The notes beneath the pieces were generated by a model that saw nothing but the letters and a program-made list of their open reading frames with translations, made no database searches and was not told the DNA's origin. Both the position numbers and the translations under genes were made by a program. 64,000 bases of DNA from NCBI GenBank assembly GCA_020137815.1, contig CM035354.1:6696001-6760000 (forward strand), in the 5' to 3' direction. Of the stretch, positions 59,630 through 64,000 are shown one piece after another. Within the stretch, counting starts at the first letter, position 1; every line of letters starts with the position of its first letter. The DNA comes from Hormiphora californensis (taxonomy: Eukaryota > Animalia > Ctenophora).

Positions 59630-60245
59630 AATCTTATATGACATTATATCCAAAAGATGTTTAATCTTAATTTCCTTGTTTATTTTTCACATAAAACTTG
59701 TTTTAAAAATGTGGATGAACAAGTTTCAAACCAGTTTTAGGTTTCATCTGGGTTACGCCGTATGCTACTGAGAACTGAGGGAGTACTTTATTATCTCCCA
59801 CTGCAGTTTTTATTTGTTTAAGGGTTGAGATTCCGGGTTATGTTTCTTCAAAGGGCTGCATATACATATAATGTGCATATAGTTGGCATATATCGTTGGC
59901 ATATAGTTGGCTTGGCTGATGTCAAACCCACGTCCCACACGGCTCCGCCAAATGCAGATGACCCTTTTTATTTGCCCATTTGACACCCGTTGTGTAGTTG
60001 CCATGGCAACTGAAGCGGTAACTATGCATCATATTATGGGGGCTTGTTATGTTAAACTTCCAGGAGAGTGAAAATCAGTACAATTTGTTTAGGTACAAAC
60101 TACAGAATACTTTATGAAGGAGCACTGTTGCTTACCAACGCTTTCAACGAACGGCTACGACATTCATTTCAAATTATAATTGAGATAGAAACGTTGCATG
60201 GAGTCCCATTCTCTATTAATTAAACCCCTTGTATCTCGAATAGCT

Positions 60246-62922
60246 ATGACAAACTTTGCCGTGCGAAGCTGGACTCGTCTACTCATGTGCCGTCCAACCC
60301 AATTTGATGTCATTCATAAGGTATTGACAGTTTGATAGTATGTAGTTTTTTAATTGTAACTAATAATAATGGAGTGTACAATGTACACTGTACATAGTAA
60401 CTTTTGTAATATCAGACAGCAATCCTAAATAATATGTAAAGCGAAACAAAGATTTGGAAGTGTGGAGGAGTTACTAGGAAGTGTGTCCAGGTCATCGCAG
60501 AAATATATGCCTTCCCAGTCTTCTTTTTCTCCCCATCCGCCTTCCTCACAATCTCAATCAGACCATGAAATCTTCTTCAGGGCCACAACGTGTACATGAC
60601 GATGAGCAAACCAGTCGATAAGCAATTAGCCATGAAGCAATGGGAGGACCTCCGTTCCACTTTTACATCTATCGGGGTGAAAGTTGATGTCATTGAGAAC
60701 TCGCCAGGCCTCGTAGACCAAGTGTTTTGTGCTAACTGTGCGGTTGTGTGGGGAGGAAAAGCGCTCACATCCACTATGTTTAACCCACCGAGAAGAGAGG
60801 AAACAGATCTAACTATTGCATGGTTTACAAATCAAGGATTTCAGGTAGGGTGATTTAGTATAGTTCCTTGAAATGTGACAGCCAACAGGGGCTGTAAACT
60901 GCATGCACCTCTATTTACTTGAAAAGGGCCCCTCTGAGGGGCTGTAAACTCAGAACCGCATGCACCTTTCTCTTTAGGTACAAGACTCTAGACCGAACGG
61001 TTCATTTCTGGAGGGTTGCGGAGACTTTGCGTATAACTATGACAGGAAGCATGCTTATCTTGGATATGGGTTTAGGTAAACAAAAAATTGTGCCTCTTAT
61101 CTCCGTATCCTAACACAATACTTATGCTACACCCGCACACATGTTCCTTTTTCTTTCGGTAAACAGTGTGTACAGGGAAAACACTAGGAGTGTTCCTTGA
61201 TAGCAACCTCTCTATGGAGAGGCAAATCAACAGTGTTAAGAGGCAATGCGGTTTGTTGTTGAAGAATCTATGGCAGGTAAACCGGTGTCTAGATCGACGA
61301 AGATACTCCTTGTTAAACAGCTCATCATTTCAAGACTGGATTATTGTAATATCCTTTACCATGGCTTACCTAAGAAGCTTCTCAACAGCCTTCAGAGAGT
61401 CTTGAACTCGTGTGTCAGATTTGTTTATGGCCTATACGGTCACCAAGACACCTACATGCCATACTTGAAAGAATTGCATGTTCTTCCTGTGGAACAACGA
61501 GTCACGTTCAAAGCATGCCTCATGGCGTACAAGATTGTACATGGATTGGCCCCTGGCTACCTGCAAGATCAGGTCCCTGTTGATGATGGACTTCGTGTGA
61601 TCCGGGCTACTAGAGGAAATGCTTGGCCTGATGGCCTCAAGCTGAAGTACCCTAAGCTATCAAGTGTCAATGCGACTTCCAAGTTGAGAAGAAGACGTCC
61701 GTCGGTTTACCTGCCTGAAGTCTGGAATAAGCTTCCCCTTGATCTGAGAGCTGTTGAGTCTGTGGAATCTTTTAAGTCTAAGCTCAAGACTAGTCTTTTC
61801 ACTGAGGCATTTGGTGAGACTGGACTGTCCTGTTAAGACTCTCCTTCTTGCTGAGGTATGTGCTCTAGCTGGTACCCGTTTTTAATTATTTTTCTGTAAT
61901 TTAGCTCGTGGCGAGCAGAAGTGTGAAGCATAAGTTGGGTTTTTTCATAGCACGAGTGTTTTTCTGTTTTTCCAATCTACGGACTTTTATATCAATCTTT
62001 TTAGAGTTCCAGGACTCTAACTCAGTCTGTTATGTAATCAGTCACCGATAGTTATGTGAGCCGATAGTAATGTGAGCCGGTGTTTTTTCTTTATTAATTT
62101 TTGTTCTATTAGGGATAAGTTGTCAAGGTCTTACTAGTATATTAACCGTTCAGATTATCCTTCAGTGACAGCAGCAGTTTCACTGCTCTGTCCCTGTCGG
62201 ATATGGGCGGAATATAAACATAGTTATTATTATTATTATTATTATAAATCTTCCTGTAAAATATCACAATAAACTAAACTGTATGCATTATATATTTGTA
62301 ATTTTACTCATTTTAGGTCCAATGAAAAATCGTACAACTTTGTTAAAGATAACCTAGATTTTACTGGAACGGAATTCCATAAACTGAAACTAGTTTCCGA
62401 CAAGTGTTACCATCTTGATACAGCAATGTTGAACCTCTCTATGGGGCATGCCCTTGTGTTTACCCCTGCCTTCGACAAACAATCTTTGGACCTCATAAAG
62501 TAAGGAAATAGAGATGTTGTTGTTTATCAGTGCTCTGGCAAGCGTAAACATTGTATTATAAGATCTACAATAATTGAAATAAAAATGAAAACTAACTAAT
62601 ATTTTCAGGGAAATAAATGGAGAGGAAAATGTAATTGAGATAAGTGAGGAAGATTGTGTAACAAATTTTGTTCCAAACGCCATTCCTGTCCAAGGTATGA
62701 ACCGCTAATTAATCAAGTCTTACACGATTTGACTTGCAATACAATTTCTGAAAACTCAATATTTCAGTTGGCGATAAACACTACATTGTGGGTATGGCAT
62801 TCTCCCCTTCACTCCACGCAAAGCTGACCTCTCTGGGCTACGAAATAATTATAGCACCGTATCAAGAATTCAGAAAGAGTGGAGGAAGCATTCGGTGTTC
62901 TGTGCTCGATATTGGAATCTGA
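60246..62922 (+). CDS. Amidinotransferase/pentein-superfamily enzyme, arginine-dihydrolase-like, paralog 2; exons 60246-60320, 60581-60844, 60978-61075, 62317-62499, 62609-62694, 62768-62922 (286 aa)
   Basis: Six exons splice in frame (861 nt): LMCRPTQFDV..HNVYM, QWEDL, PGLVDQVFCANCA, RREE, LEGCGD, GYGFRS, YHLDTA, PAFD, PNAI, EFRKSGGSIRCSV. Confidence 0.85.
61166..62245 (+). mobile_element. 5'-truncated L2/CR1-group LINE in intron 3 of amidinotransferase paralog 2
   Basis: RT C-terminal region LGVFLDSNLSM...ISRLDYCNILY.GLP..L..LQRVLN...LKELHVLPVEQRVTFK...WNKLP..FKSKLKT.LF, with one frameshift near 61290, a 3' UTR and a (TTA)n tail. Confidence 0.88.
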
Positions 62923-63688
62923 GAGCTCATTCTGAAAGAACTTTATTGAAGGGGAGAAGTTCCCTTTGACTTGAAACTTGAACTTGAAACGTGTTCCCTT
63001 TGTGAGCAATAAACTAAGATGTGCGTTTTATTTTAAGTTATATAAGGAGTAATAATTTAATTTAAACAAGATTCAGTAAGCTAAGATTTTAAATGTGTTT
63101 CTTTACTTTAAACGAGCAGGACTAGGCCTGAATCATGTTTAACTAATTATATCATGACTACTGCCTACTGTCAGTGGACATCTTACATGAATGATATCGG
63201 TAGTATATGGAGGCCCGGCACCGTGTTGCATATCCACAGGATTGCGATACACATGCAACACAGATTAAGGTTGTGTGCGTGTGAGGTCACCGTACATGAG
63301 ACGCAGTAATCAGTATGCACTAAAAACTGCAGACTCTCGGAACGGTGCTGAACCACCACAGGACTCAGAAGAGGGGTTACTGCTAATTGGTCTTATCGGA
63401 GATACTGCACTAAGGCCTAGGGGTATCATACCCAACAAATTTCACTTACGTATGCGTGGTCTTAACTCTCAGTGTGGCACCTAGCTGTGCTTTTGATCGC
63501 CTTGGTGTCTCCTGAGTCTCAAAACGGGCGCTACAGCCAGCGCCTGTCAAAATAAAAGACTTGGCTTACGTTACAGGCCCCTCTAACAGGGGTGGGAGTA
63601 GATAGTGGTACCTATATAAAGTTGTGAGTTGTTATCGTAGTCTTACGGAGAGTAACTTACTACCGAAAGGCGAAATTTTAAAAATCAG

Positions 63689-63986
63689 ATAGGGATCCCT
63701 AAAAAAGTTCAGTATTTACACAGCGTTTACACAGTCTTTACACAGTCGTTACACCCAGTGCGCCCGCGCCGCTCTGGGTGTAAAGACTGCGTCTTTCGCA
63801 CTCGATTTGCAGCGTTTTCAGAAACTTTTTTCGCCGCAGCGCTCAATTTACCCAATTGTGCAGCACACAATCCAATATTTTCTTAGAAAAAGCCGCAAAA
63901 CGCAGCACGCGCCGCTCTGGGTGTAACGACTGTGTAAAGACTGTGTAAACTCTGTGTAAATACTGAACTTTTTTAGGGATCCCTAT
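63689..63986. mobile_element. MITE with ~70-bp TIRs containing 12-bp tandem subrepeats
   Basis: atagggatccctaaaaaagttcagtatttacacag... / ...ctgtgtaaatactgaacttttttagggatccctat. Confidence 0.8.
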
Positions 63987-64000
63987 TAAAAAAGTGACCT

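Overview
Eukaryotic animal-type genomic DNA from a very compact, intron-rich genome. A small-genome invertebrate such as a ctenophore is plausible, but that is inference only. The window holds about 17 protein genes. On the + strand: RAP1GDS1-like, XRCC1 and a divergent alpha-tubulin. Then an uninterrupted run of 11 minus-strand housekeeping genes from 51770 to 18173 (STEEP1/CXorf56, SFXN, PWWP3/MUM1-like, NDUFA13, RGP1, MINPP1, CWC22, IPO11, UQCR11, MRPS36, BLM), separated by only ~160-930 bp. Finally, two tandem bacterial-type amidinotransferase-superfamily genes (ArgZ/arginine-dihydrolase-like) flank a small orphan membrane ORF. Main observations: (1) almost every gene has an apparently unpaired 3' splice acceptor just upstream of its ATG, nearly always TAG and mostly TAG|C, whereas internal introns mostly end in CAG; this suggests spliced-leader trans-splicing and a ~33.6 kb candidate operon. 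(2) The two amidinotransferase paralogs look horizontally acquired and have 5+5 introns with no shared position. (3) Introns contain MITEs, Helitron-like pieces, an L2-type LINE, a 1.35 kb apparently perfect palindrome, and tandem copies of their own splice junctions. Positions ~1-1450 and ~4790-6950 look like low-quality consensus. All gene names come from recalled motif similarity, not from database searches.
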